NCBI GenBank assembly: GCA_964291215.2
Contig: OZ219791.1
Coordinates: forward strand, 1,760,001-1,824,000
Direction of reading: 5' to 3'
Source: Alphaproteobacteria bacterium
Lineage (GTDB): Bacteria; Pseudomonadota; Alphaproteobacteria; MPNO01; UBA830
Length of the DNA stretch: 64,000 bases
Shown here: piece by piece, positions 33,172 to 44,790 of the stretch
How positions within the stretch are numbered: the stretch's first letter is position 1
Layout of the letters: every line of letters begins with the position of its first letter
Translations under genes and position numbers: made by a program
The notes under the pieces: generated by a model
The model's database searches: none
Seen by the model: the letters and a program-made list of their open reading frames with translations, nothing else
Told to the model about the DNA's origin: nothing

Positions 33172-35468
33172 GTAAGCGTTCGTTCATGCGGTGATGACGA
33201 TCTGCGCCGAGATTTGTTTTGGTGATTCGGAGAAGGGGGCCGTAAATTTTTTGACGGTGCCATCAGATGGTCATGTGCATTGAGGATTTCATGCCATCAT
33301 CGGGTGCGGACGCCGCTGGCGACATGCTGCAGTCGTCGTGTCGTGATTCGGTCACCTGGAAGTCCCTGTACGATCGCGAGCGTATTCGAGCCGAGGCGGC
33401 GGAAGCCCGCACGGCGGCTGCGGAGGGTCGCTGCGAGGAGCTGCGCTTGCAGGAGGTGGAGGAGCGCAGCCGCACGAATTCCCTGAAGGCGATTTTCGAG
33501 AGCAATCGCGAGAAGCTGTCAGCTGCCCGTGCGGAGGTCAGGGAAGTTCGGCGGACGGCGAAGCAGTCTCTTGCGCTGAAGCAGGAGGTTGCGCGTCCGG
33601 GCGGGCTTCTTGCCGAGGCCGGCGCGCGGAAGCGGTCGACGGTAGTGTCGCTGTGCATGGAGAATGCCGGCCTGAAGACCGCGATGAAGGTTCTGAAGGG
33701 TCGGGGCGCTCGAGGCGGAGAACGACAAGCTTCGTTTGAACAGGTCGTCGATGTACGGACGCAAGAGCGAGAAGAGGCAGCGGGCGTCATCGAAGCGCGG
33801 CCAGCAGCGCGGCACATGGCCGCGGCCGGCGCTCGAGGAGGTGGAGGAGCGGCTGAAGGTGGCGGAGGACGCCTGCTCGTGCTGCGTTGCCAACGGTTCG
33901 CACCAGGATCATCGAGATCAAAAGCGGCGGATTGTCCGCCCGCGCCGGGGCTGTGACTGCCCCGGTTCACCGAGCGAGGTGGCGGCTGTTTCCCGGCACC
34001 GCATTCGGGTGTGGACGCATGTGCTGCACGAGCGCGTGCATGCGGCCCTTGCGCCGCGTCTAGGGGCTTTCGCCGGGAACGCCGGCCAGCGAGCCGGATT
34101 CTGCCCCTGTTCGAGCCGCTTCGGGACGCGATCCTCGCGCACCGGGGTCTGCGCCATGCCGATGCATCCAGGCCCCGAGGGAGGTCCGGAAGTCGCGCCT
34201 GGCTCCGGACATCGGTCAGCCGTGACGCGGTTCTCTCCCTCGCGCAGCGCCGAGGTCGCGGCGAAGCTGTTCGCGGACGCCCCCATGTCTGCGACCGCTA
34301 CGGTGCCTGCAAGAAGCTGGCGCGCCTGTGGTCCTTCATCATCCTGTGCTGTTGTCGGGCGCATTGTCGGCGCGACTGTCCGTACTGCGCCGGCCGCAGC
34401 TGGAGGGGTGGAAATGGATCGATCGCGGAGATCTGCCGCCTGAACACGGCTCGACTGCCTTGCTTCCGGCGGCGTTCGAGGCTGCGCAGGCGGCGCTGGA
34501 GACTGCGGTCGCCGCGCTGTTTGCAGAAGCGTCGAGGCTTCCGAAAGCGGTGCCGGAAGGCAGGCCGCTGCGCTCAACCATCGCGTGTTCGTCGACCATG
34601 GACAACAATTTCGGGGAAAGGGCTCTCAGGGGCCCGGCCAACGGGCGGAAGCCCGGCTTCGGTTCCGACAGCATGGACGGCTGTCATGTACACGGCACGG
34701 TCGCGAGGAGCGGCCTCGACGTTCTGCGCTGGCGCCTGCGCGGAGAACGGCGGCCCGGCGATCTGTCGCCCTAGTTGCCGTGAGCCCGGAGAGGCGGCGG
34801 AGATTGGCGGCGCCGCCGTGAGTGGCGAGGTCGAGTGCCGCTGCCATGGGCGCGACTTCATGGTCGCGCAGTGCTGCGACGATTACGGAGCGGACCCTAT
34901 CGCCCGCGCCTTCTGCCGCCGCCAGCCCCGAAGCTGATCACGTCGGACACCGAGCCGCCGCCCCGAAGACCCTCGACGAGCTCCACCCGCTGATACTACC
35001 TCGGATACACGCGCCTGGTCGGCGCGCAGATGCGCTACGCGGTCCATGACCGGAACAGCGAGCCGCTGCTTCTCGACCGTCGCATGGACCGCGCGCTGCA
35101 ACACCCCGCCCGTGCCCTGCGAAACCCTGGTCCCGCGCTGCGGCGTCTGCCGGATCCGCGTCGAAACAACCAGCGGCCGCTACGACCGACATGACAGAAG
35201 CCGAAGAAGGACATCTGGCCCGCTCCGCAAGGACTGGAAGCGGACCCTCAATCGCTGAACCCTGCAACCGGCACAGGATGGCGCTCAGCTCCTCCTCCGC
35301 AGCGCCGGGACAAAACCGCAACCAATGCGGAAAACACGGCATGGCGCCAGTGCCCCTCACCGCGCATCCCGGTGCACGAAACCGCTCCGGGTGACGCTGG
35401 AACTCCCTGACAAAAGCCCGTCAAACGGACGAAAATAACAACACCTCACCGCACGAACAAACGCTTAC
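33172..35468 (+). mobile_element. degenerate IS66-like element type A, copy 2
   Basis: Colinear with 4564-6867; same GTAAGCG...CGCTTAC ends; no TSD visible. Confidence 0.8.
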
Positions 35469-35714
35469 GCACCCGAATAACTTGTCTGCCGCCGTAGCCC
35501 ACAGGTTCCTTCCACGCGCGAAACCGTCCCGGTATCTCTCGACAGTTCCAAACGAAACCGGGCTCAGCGCTTGTCAGGGAATCGAGGCCGGTATTCGAAG
35601 CCGACCCGCAACCGGAGCAACATGCCAGCAGCCTGCGCTGACCGCGCTGTTCAGGACGCCAAAGTCAATGGTCATGTCGCGCGCGCCACGCAAGTGTGTG
35701 TCGGCCGCGCCGGT

Positions 35715-36740
35715 TCAGCGCCCGGGTCCGGCGGTCAGCACCTCATCAAGGCTCGCCGCCACCAGAACCGCCTCCGCCCAGGCCTCCAGATCGGCGGCCG
35801 ACGCGTTGCGAACCCGCTCGCGAGCCGCATCCGGCACATCACCGAAGCGCAACGCCAGTTGACGAAGAAGAAGTTCCGCCAGGGTCTGTATTCGGCCCCG
35901 TTCGATTCCCTTCTCAATTCCTTCGGCTCTTCCCTTCTCGATTCCTTCGGCTCTTCCCGTCTCGATTCCTTCGGCTCTTCCCTGTTCGATCCAGGCTTGT
36001 GCGACCGTTCCCATCAGCGCCTCCCAGCGGTCCGGCTTCGTCCGGCGCAGCGACGCCTCCAGCAAAAACGGCGTCAGGTTCATGCGCTCGGCAATGTAGC
36101 GCACAATATGACGCTCGAACGCGCTTCCCGCAACCGGCCCGCCCGTCATCTCGTCGAGAAGATCGGGCGGTATCTCCTCGGCATGAACGACCCTGAGCGC
36201 CAGAAGCCCGGCCCGCACCTCGGGCGAGGCCGACAGCCGGTCTGGCGCAATCTCGCCAAGGTCGTGCACCACATAGGCGAACTCCTTGACAAGCGGCTCC
36301 AGCGCCTCGGGCGCGTCGATCATCCCCGGCACCGAGCGCGCCGCCGTCCAGCGGCCCCGGCCGTGGTAGAAGACCAGCGGGACGATCGCCGGCAGCCTGT
36401 CCCCGGCGCCGCCGCCCTCGATCTCGCGGCGCCAGATGTTGACCATGTATTTCAGGAGCTGGAGCGGCGTGTCGGCATCGACGCGGCTCTTGTGTTCGAG
36501 CAACACATAGAGGCGCGCCTCGTGGCCGCTCCTCAGCCTGACCCGGAAGAGCGCGTCGCACTGGGTCCGCGCGGCGTCCTCGTCGACGAAGCTGCCCTCG
36601 ACCGCCTCGGGCGGGGCCTCGGGGTCGAGGAGGGCGGCCACCTCCGGCGGCAGGTATTGCGCGAGCAGCGAAGCAGCGCGGGCCGGCTCGGAGACCAGCG
36701 CTCGGAACAGCGCATCGTGCGGCGTCGCCGGAAGGCTCAC
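35715..36740 (-). CDS. Rpn (recombination-promoting nuclease / transposase_31) family protein with EG-rich repeats and a DUF4351-like tail
   Basis: PHDALFR, SFVD, D.LFRV, YVLLEHKS, P.IVPLVFYHG; C-terminal LRFGDVP...DLEAWAEAVL.AASLDEV. Confidence 0.9.
   Translation of the reverse strand: MSLPATPHDALFRALVSEPARAASLLAQYLPPEVAALLDPEAPPEAVEGSFVDEDAARTQCDALFRVRLRSGHEARLYVLLEHKSRVDADTPLQLLKYMVNIWRREIEGGGAGDRLPAIVPLVFYHGRGRWTAARSVPGMIDAPEALEPLVKEFAYVVHDLGEIAPDRLSASPEVRAGLLALRVVHAEEIPPDLLDEMTGGPVAGSAFERHIVRYIAERMNLTPFLLEASLRRTKPDRWEALMGTVAQAWIEQGRAEGIETGRAEGIEKGRAEGIEKGIERGRIQTLAELLLRQLALRFGDVPDAARERVRNASAADLEAWAEAVLVAASLDEVLTAGPGR
35902..35985 (-). repeat. ~3 x 24-bp coding tandem repeat (GRAEGIEK)
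   Basis: Repeated TCGATTCCTTCGGCTCTTCCC units inside the Rpn gene. Confidence 0.85.
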
Positions 36741-37208
36741 CGGACAGGTTCTCCGGCGTCTCCGGGAGGCTCCCGAAGGACAGCTCGCTCACGGACTGGA
36801 AGAGGGTCGGCATTCGGCATGGCGGCACCCTACACTGGGCAACATCGGCTCCGCAATCGCCGGACCCTGTGGCGGGGATATGCCAGAGCCGTCATGACGG
36901 GCGGTAGTCCCCGAGGATATCGGCAGCAATGCTGTCGGAGACGCAGACGGCAAACCCGCGCACCGGGCCTTGCGCCAGATGCGCATAGCGCGCGGTAGTG
37001 GAAGGACTCCATGCCGCATTCGGCTGATTTCCCGCATCGCGGGCGGCAATTGGCCGGGTCGAGCCAACGGGTGCACAGCGGGCATCAAGTGGATTACTCG
37101 ATTCCGGGAAGGCGCCCTGGTGAACAGGCATACAGCGGTTGAGGCGGCGAGGAGGGCGGCCGCGCTGGCAGGCATCCGGTTCGGGAAGTCCATGCGGGGG
37201 ACCGCAAC

Positions 37209-37789
37209 ATGACCGCCGGAAACGATACCGGACGAACGGCAGGTTCGGCCTCCGGCCTGGCGTCGGGGTGCCAGCGAGGGGATGCCGGAGGGGTGCTGGA
37301 GCCGGGCGCGGCGCCGCTGCTCGGGCTGATGGGAGGCGCGGTCGAGGGGCTGCGCCTGCTCGGCGGCGGTCTGGTGCTCAAGATCAAACATGGCGGCGCG
37401 GCGGTCCGGATCGACCTCGGGAATGCGGTGCGGTTCCCCGACGACGGCGGCATTTCGATCAGGCATCCGTTCGGGCTGCGAATGCCGCTGTCGGTTCGGC
37501 GCCTCCTCGACTTCTGGAACGTGGCGGGTCTTCCGGTCCCTTGGAACGGGCAGGGTCGGGGGGCACGGTTCGCGAGATCGACGGGCTGATGACGGTGCTG
37601 GCCGGGCTCGGGGCCGGCAAGACGCCGCGCGGGATCGCGGAAGACATCTGGGACGAGGAGGATGTGGCAGCGACATGGACCTCCGACAGCTGGATGCGCT
37701 CGCAGGTGCGGCGCTGGGTCCCGAAGGCAGAGGCGCTTGCCGACGGCGGCTGGCGCGAGTTCGTGCCGCGCGGCCTGGCCGGGGAGTGA
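37209..37789 (+). pseudogene. DUF2285-like putative transcriptional activator, split by a frameshift at a G6 tract
   Basis: C-terminal LAGL.AGKTPRGIAEDIW.EEDVAATWTSDSWMRSQVRRW...A.AL..GGWR; the two frames join at GGGGGG 37558-63. Confidence 0.6.
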
Positions 37790-37849
37790 TCGGGAGGCGC
37801 GAAGCGCGGGTGGAGGAAACCGGCGCTCGCGCTACAGCCCATGACCTGC

Positions 37850-38030
37850 TTGAGGGACGCGGCGGTTCGCCCGGAAGCGCCATGCTGCAGATCGTCGGCG
37901 AGTTGCACATATACTTGGCGGTTATCCGGGTCCGGGCAGGGCTTGCCGCGCATCCCGTGGTGCAACGCCGCCACGTCGTCGCGCGCCAGCGCCGTTACCT
38001 TGAGCGCAGAAAGATCGTTTGCGTCTCCCC
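37850..38030 (-). pseudogene. possible tyrosine-integrase central-domain remnant
   Basis: LKVTALARDDVAALHHGMRGKP resembles the SAM-like domain of P4-type integrases; very degenerate. Confidence 0.35.
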
Positions 38031-38118
38031 TTGCCCTACCCGCCGATGGCGTGGCCGGACGCCGCGTTCCCTGATCTCCTGCGCAGGCTCGACAGTTCCA
38101 CGGCTTCATAAAACAAAC

Positions 38119-41100
38119 GTAACTGCTCACCCCCTGGTTCCGGCTTGATGTCGGGGTAGAGTAACGAACGGGTTTTCGTGGAGATTTGACACTGCAGGCC
38201 GATTCGTTTAGTGGTGGTCATCGAGAACGACGGGGACCGCCAGTGGGCTACTTTGGATCGAAGGCGACGAGCGGGCTGTGCCAGCTGCTTCCGGGGCTCC
38301 AGCCTCCGCATGATCTGTATGTGGAAACGCATCCGGGAGGCGGCGCGCTGATGAAGCGCAAGGCGCTGCGCTCGATCGGGATCGACCGGCGAGTGCTGGA
38401 CGGGTTCGGGTGCGACTATCCGGTGGAACTGATCCACGGCTGCGCCCACGCGTTCCTGGCCGGCCTTGCGTTCCGGGGCACGGAACTGGTCTGCAGCGAC
38501 CCCTGCAGGCGACCCGCCGGTCGAAGCGGCGATACCGCCACGACTACACCGAAGCCGACCATGTCGAACTCCTTGAACTGCTCAAGGGGCTGCCGTGTCA
38601 GGCGATGGTCTTGGGCCGCCCCTCGGCGTTGTACGACGACCTGCTGCGAGACTGGCGCCGCATCGTCGTGCAGGTGACGCCCCGGGTCCGCACCGAGGTG
38701 GTGTGGCTCGACTTCGAACCCGGGCGGATGCACTCGGCCGGCGATGTCGGGCGGAACCGCACGGACCGTCAGCGCATCAAGCGCAAGGCGGGGTACCGGA
38801 AGATGCCGCCGGGTGAGCGCCAGGCGATGCTCGCGGCGATCATGACCGTCGAGGCCGGGTGATGGCGACGGGCGGCGCGCGAGGAGTTCGAAGCGGCCAA
38901 GACCGCGGCGCTGCCGGCAAGGTGCCGAAAGAGGCCGTGATCCGCGTCTTCGTCATCCTGCTCGACATCCTCATCGTCGTCCTTCTGGAGAAGACCACGC
39001 ACGAGCCGGAACTCCGGTCTGCCGCCGTCACAGACGGACAAGAGCGTGCTGGGAGCAACGGCCCGAAGCCGAACCAGCAGATGGGCGACAACCTGCGCAA
39101 GACCATCGTCGAGGAGACGGTCGCGGCCTGCGACGCCTGCGGCGCCGACGGCCCCGTCGATCGGGAGCGCCGCACGACATCGTGTTCGAGGTCGTCGAGC
39201 GCCGCGTCGACGCCGAGGAATGCCCGAAGTGCAAGGGCCGGTTCCCCGACAACATCCCGTGCAGTACGGCATCCAGGCCCTCGTCATCAACCTGCTGGTC
39301 GCCCAGATGCTGTCCCTGCGCCGTCGCGCTCGTGCAGGCGATCTCCGGCATCAAGCTCTCCGAGGACTCGGCTATGCTTTCACGATGCGTCATGGGAGGA
39401 GGCCGCCGTGGCGCACCTCCTGCAACGCCCGATGTCGATGATTTCGGATCAACGGCAAGTGGCTCCATGTCGTCGGGACGTGCAAGTTCCCGCACCGCAA
39501 GCAAGAGATCGGCCCGTGCTACAAGGGCGTCCTGGGCCTCGTACATGGCAGTGTAGCCACCAGCGGCAGCCACCTGCTGCGCGAACTGACCTTTGTCGTC
39601 GAGGCTACCGCGCGACTGATGAAGAGCCTGCTCCGCGAGGTCTGTCACAAGATCAACAAGAGCGCATCCAGGACCCTGAACGAGGCCGGGCGCAAGCGCA
39701 CCATCAGGGCGCCAGGGAACTGCCCGACATCCCGACGAAAGGAAAACGCATAGCAAACGCGCACAACCTGCACGAACGTCTCGTGAAACACGAAAACCTG
39801 CGCTTCACAGACGACCCCGATGTCAGCTTCACCAACAATGCCGAAGAACAGAAGATCAGGATGGCAAAGGTCAAGGTGTCCGGATGCTTCCGCTCCACGC
39901 AAAAGCATGGTGCCGGGGCTCAAGCTACCTCACCTCCATGGCCGCACTCGGCTACAATCATCACGTCGCCACCCGGATCGCCCTCAACGGAAAAGCCGCA
40001 GACATCATCAACGAGCACTACGACCAATCAGAACCCAACTAGTAGTCCACCGGCATTGTATTGATGGTTTTTGTGGGTAGTATTCCTGTGTCGGCATCCG
40101 TTGGAATCCGGACAGTACCGATATCCAACGGGCAGATGCCGAACAGGCAGGCAGCCCCATGCGCAGGTCCGGACAACGGGCATGCCCGCAGGTCTTCGGC
40201 GCAATGACAGGAGCGTGGCCAACTCTCGGGGCAGGAAGCTCTACCGGGTGACCCTTTCAACGCAGGAGCGCCAGGATTTGAAGGCGATCGTCGACGGCAC
40301 CGGGGCCACCTGGCGCCGGGCACAGGTCCTGATGCTGAAGGGGCGCTTGTCGATGCCGACATTGCGCAAGGGCTGGGCATCGGCACGGCGACGATTGAGC
40401 GCTTGCGCAAGCGCTGCGTCCTGGAGGGGCTGGACGCCGCCCTCAGCCGCAAGGAGCAGGTGAACCGCCGGCCGAAACGGGGGCGATGGAGGCGAAGCTG
40501 ATCGCCCTGTTCGTCCCCGCCCGAGGGCTGTGCCCGCTGAAGCTGCTCGCCGGCCGTCTGGTGGAGATGGAGATTGTCGAGCGCATTTCGGAAGAGACGG
40601 TCAGGAAGACGCTAAAAAAAGAGATCAAACCGTGGCTGAAGCAGTACTGGTGCATTCCACCGCACCGGAGCGCACAGTTCGTAGTGGCAGACGTACTTGA
40701 CATTTATCAGCGGGACTTTGCCAGGGACGAGGTGCTGGAGACCAGCCGGCAGCAGGAAACCCGCATCCCCCGGTCAGCCGGAGGTGGTCGACTATGAATA
40801 TGAGCGCAACGGCACGGCCAACCTCTTCATGGCCTTTGCGCCCAACGAGAACTGGCGCACGGTGAAAGTCACCGACCGCCGCGGGACTGGGCGCACTTCA
40901 TCCGGGAGCTTGCCGACGACCATTTCCCCGACAGGAAGATCGTGCTGGACAATCTGAACACGCACAGTCCCGCATCACTATATGAAGCTTTCGAGCCCGA
41001 GGAGGCGAGGCGGGTGCGAAAGCGGTTCGAGTTTCGCTATACGCCGAAGCACGGAAGCTGGCTCAACATGGCCGAGATCGAGATCGGCGCGCTGTCGCGG

Positions 41101-41287
41101 CAATGCCTTCGGCGACGCATTCCCGACCGCGACACCATGCTGCGGGAGACCGTGGCGTGGGTCGAGCGCCGCAATGCGGCCGATGTCACTGTCGACTGGC
41201 GTTTCACGACGAAGGATGCCCGGACGAAACTGAAGTCACTATATCCCTCAATCCAATAATGTTAGACTACTAGGGGTGAGTAGATAC
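38119..41287 (+). mobile_element. degenerate IS66-like element type B, copy 2, with an adenine-methylase-like ORF (~38243-38862) and IS630 inserted in its right end
   Basis: Same termini as 28163-29695; GYFGSKATSGLCQ..PHDLYVETH.GGGALM, SIGID, YRHDYTEADHVELL, RTEVVW. Confidence 0.85.
40043..41269 (+). mobile_element. IS630-family element type C, copy 2
   Basis: CTAG flanks at 40039-42 and 41270-73; homologous to 31945-33165. Confidence 0.88.
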
Positions 41288-41516
41288 CAAAAATTTATGC
41301 CATCATTACACTCGAACCACTTGGAAGGCATGGGTAGAGCTGGTATGAAATCAGCGATGGAATCTTCTATGGTCCCATCCTAGGAGCGGCTTGCATCCTC
41401 GTGGGAGTAACCGGTTTCTGCGAGGGCGGAAGTGATCTAGTTGGACCATTCTATAGGGCTGGTCGACTGGTCGAACAGACTCCGACGATGCCTTCACACT
41501 TGACGAGGTGGGTTTC

Positions 41517-42419
41517 ATGTCGCGGTTGGGTAGCTTGGATCGTCTGGAATCGGAAAGTATTCATATCATTCGGGAGGTGGCCGCGGAATTTCGCAGTCCC
41601 GTGATGCTGTATTCAATTGGGAAGGATTCGAGCGTCATGCTTCATCTGGCGCTCAAGGCGTTCGCCCCCGGCAGACTTCCGTTTCCGTTGCTGCATATCG
41701 ATACCGGATGGAAATTTCGCGAAATGATCCGGTTCCGAGACGAAACCGCTGCCCGGTTTGGCCTTGATCTCATCGTGCATGTCAACAGGGAAGGCATCGA
41801 GCGCGGTATCGGTCCGATAAGCCACGGTTCCCGGGTTCATACGGAGGTGATGAAGACGGAGGCGCTCAAGCAGGCGCTGGAGGCGTACGGTTTCGACGCA
41901 GCCCTTGGCGGAGCCCGTCGCGATGAGGAGAAATCCCGCGCCAAGGAACGGATATTTTCCTTTCGTAACGAAGCGCATCGCTGGGACCCCAGGAATCAGC
42001 GCCCGGAATTGTGGAATCTCTACAACACGCGCATCCGGCCAGGACAAAGTGTGCGCGTGTTCCCGTTGTCCAATTGGACCGAGCTCGATGTCTGGCAATA
42101 CATCCACCGCGAGGACATTCCGATTGTTCCGCTCTATTTCTCCGCTCGGCGTCCCGTCGTGGCGCGCGACGGCATGCTGATCGTGGTCGATGATGACCGT
42201 CTGCCGGTTGAACCGGCCGAGAAGCCGGTAGAAACCCGTGTGCGTTTCCGCACGCTCGGCTGCTATCCGCTGACGGGCGCGGTCGAGTCCGGAGCAATCA
42301 CGGTTCGGGATATCATCGTGGAACTCATGAAAAGCAGCGAGTCCGAACGAAAAGACCGGGCCGTCGACAACGATCAGGTGGGCTCCATGGAGAAGAAAAA
42401 GCAAGAGGGATACTTCTGA
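41517..42419 (+). CDS. cysD: sulfate adenylyltransferase subunit 2
   Basis: [64 protein letters not shown]. Confidence 0.97.
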   Translation: MSRLGSLDRLESESIHIIREVAAEFRSPVMLYSIGKDSSVMLHLALKAFAPGRLPFPLLHIDTGWKFREMIRFRDETAARFGLDLIVHVNREGIERGIGPISHGSRVHTEVMKTEALKQALEAYGFDAALGGARRDEEKSRAKERIFSFRNEAHRWDPRNQRPELWNLYNTRIRPGQSVRVFPLSNWTELDVWQYIHREDIPIVPLYFSARRPVVARDGMLIVVDDDRLPVEPAEKPVETRVRFRTLGCYPLTGAVESGAITVRDIIVELMKSSESERKDRAVDNDQVGSMEKKKQEGYF

Positions 42420-44329
42420 TGCCAGGCCACGCGGGTTCCGCGACCGCGTCGCCGTATGTCGAAGACTTTCTCGACAATCGGGGCAACAAGACCGAGCTGC
42501 GTTTCATCGTCTGCGGTTCCGTGGATGACGGCAAATCGACGCTGCTTGGCCGGCTGCTGCACGATTCGAGGAACGTCTTCGACGACCAGCTTTCGACCGC
42601 CGAGGCGGAAAGCCGGACTTACGGCACCCAGGGTGATGCGGTCGACCTCGCCCTCCTGATCGACGGTCTGCAGGCCGAGCGCGAGCAGGGGATCACCATC
42701 GATGTCGCCTATCGCTATTTTGAAACCGACCAGCGCAGGTTCGTTGCGATTGATGCGCCAGGCCATGAGCAATATACGCGAAACATGGCGTCTGGCGCGT
42801 CGAACGCCGACGCCGCCCTGATTCTGGTCGATGCGCGGAAGGGCATCCTACCCCAGGCTCGCCGTCACAGCTGCATTGTCTCGCTGATGGGCATTTCCCA
42901 AGCTGTTCTTGCCGTCAACAAGATGGATCTGGTCGACTACGATTCCGGGATTTTCACGTCCATTGCCGATACATACCGGTCGTTCGCGAGCGGGTTGGGA
43001 ATCGAAGAGGTCACCGCGATACCGATATCCGCGCTGACGGGCGAGAATGTCGTCGGTGCGCGAGGCGGGACTCCTTGGTACGACGGCCCGACATTGATGC
43101 AGTTTCTTGAAACTCTCAGCACGGAGGAGAAAGAACAAACGGGTGCATTTCGCCTGCCAGTTCAGTGGGTTAACCGCCCCAATTCGGAATTTCGCGGCTT
43201 CAGCGGCACTGTGGCTTCGGGCACAGTCGAACGGGGAACATCCATCGTCGTCAGCCCATCGGGCGAAACATCTGCCGTCGCGCGCATTCTTGGGCCGTCG
43301 GGCGATCTGGAACGCGCAGTGGCGGGTCAGTCGATCACGCTCGCGCTGGTCGACGATATCGACGTGAGCCGCCACGACATGATCGCGGATGGCGAGCAGC
43401 CGCCACAACTTGCTGATCAGTTCGCTGCGCATCTGATTTGGATGGATGCCCACCCCATGTTGCCGGAGCGGGCCTATCTGGCGCGTTTCGCGAGCGCGTC
43501 CGCTGTTGCCCAAATCACCGACCTTTCCCACCGGCTCAATGTCGACGGTCTGGGTCGGCTTGCTGCTCAGACGCTCGAACTCAACGAAATCGGCTATTGC
43601 AAGATATCTCTCGACCGTCCTGTGCCGTTTGATCCTTTTGACGAGAATCGGAGAACCGGCTCCTTCGTGCTTATCGATCGCTTCACCGACGCGACGGTCG
43701 GCGCGGGCATGATCCGTTTCGCACTCCGCCGGGCGAGCAATGTCGTTTGGCAGGATCTGAAGGTTGATAAAGCGACGCGCTCGCACGCTATCGGCCAGCG
43801 CCCATGCATTCTGTGGTTCACCGGACTGTCCGGTGCTGGCAAATCCACGATTGCTGACCGAGTGGAACAGAAACTCCACGCGCTCGGCAGGCACACCTAT
43901 CTGCTTGACGGCGACAACGTTCGACACGGGCTGAACAGGGATCTCGGTTTCACCGAGGGGGACCGGGTAGAGAACATCCGCCGGATTTCCGAGGTCGCCA
44001 AGCTGATGGTCGATGCCGGGTTGATCGTAATCGTTTCCTTCATATCGCCACTTCAATCCGAGCGTGAGATGGCCCGGATGAAGGTGGAAGAGACTGAATT
44101 CGTCGAAATCTTCGTCGATACGCCCGTCGAGGTTTGCGAAGCGCGTGATCCGAAGGGGCTGTACGCAAAGGCCCGCAAGGGAGACCTCGTGAATTTCACA
44201 GGCATCGACTCGCCATACGAACCACCGGAGAAACCGGAACTTCGCATCGAAACCACGAAGGTCTCCGTGGAGGAAGCGGCGGAGCAGGTGGTGGAGCTTC
44301 TGCGGAAAACACAGTCTGACGCTGGATAG
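42419..44329 (+). CDS. cysNC: bifunctional sulfate adenylyltransferase subunit 1 / APS kinase
   Basis: [42 protein letters not shown]; C-terminal [27 protein letters not shown]. Confidence 0.96.
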   Translation: MPGHAGSATASPYVEDFLDNRGNKTELRFIVCGSVDDGKSTLLGRLLHDSRNVFDDQLSTAEAESRTYGTQGDAVDLALLIDGLQAEREQGITIDVAYRYFETDQRRFVAIDAPGHEQYTRNMASGASNADAALILVDARKGILPQARRHSCIVSLMGISQAVLAVNKMDLVDYDSGIFTSIADTYRSFASGLGIEEVTAIPISALTGENVVGARGGTPWYDGPTLMQFLETLSTEEKEQTGAFRLPVQWVNRPNSEFRGFSGTVASGTVERGTSIVVSPSGETSAVARILGPSGDLERAVAGQSITLALVDDIDVSRHDMIADGEQPPQLADQFAAHLIWMDAHPMLPERAYLARFASASAVAQITDLSHRLNVDGLGRLAAQTLELNEIGYCKISLDRPVPFDPFDENRRTGSFVLIDRFTDATVGAGMIRFALRRASNVVWQDLKVDKATRSHAIGQRPCILWFTGLSGAGKSTIADRVEQKLHALGRHTYLLDGDNVRHGLNRDLGFTEGDRVENIRRISEVAKLMVDAGLIVIVSFISPLQSEREMARMKVEETEFVEIFVDTPVEVCEARDPKGLYAKARKGDLVNFTGIDSPYEPPEKPELRIETTKVSVEEAAEQVVELLRKTQSDAG

Positions 44330-44332
44330 GCT

Positions 44333-44540
44333 TGGCCAGTCCCCATCGACTGGTCCAGTGCGAATGTTGGTGCATGGGCGGCTTCTCCGTCAGACTGGCC
44401 GGCGGAGTCGGCCAGTCTGACATGATCGTTTCCGGGACTGAGGGTCGGTATCCCAAGCTGTTGTGCGGACGCACGACGTTGTAGTAGCGGCGCCAGGATT
44501 CGATGAGAGCCCGGGCTTCCTTCAGAGTGGAGAACATCTC
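44333..44540 (-). mobile_element. IS3-family 3' fragment
   Basis: FSTLKEARALIESWRRYYNVVRPHNSLGYRP, the end of an integrase core domain. Confidence 0.75.
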
Positions 44541-44790
44541 TTTGTTCGGGTGTTCGGCTCGGCGGCGCGGGGGACGGACTTCGATCCAGACTTCAGCGAC
44601 GCGGACTTTCTGGTAGAGTTCGATCACAGGAGCGCCCTCGTAACTCTGAACCATTATTTTGACTTCGGGGACGCTTTGCGTGGCACGCTCGGCCGATCTG
44701 GTCGAAATCGGGGCGGTCCACAACCCGTGTCTGCGCGCGACCATCGACCGGTCGCGCAAACCCATCTATGCATTGTGGCGCTCGCGTACT
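44541..44790 (+). pseudogene. minimal nucleotidyltransferase (MNT antitoxin), 5'-truncated and frameshifted
   Basis: FGSAARGTDFDPDFSDADFLVEF (GS...DxD motif). Confidence 0.75.

Noticed and set aside
35902-35985. Short tandem repeats as a possible CRISPR array
   Set aside because: They are 24-bp in-frame coding repeats (GRAEGIEK) typical of Rpn proteins, with no spacers and no cas genes in the window.
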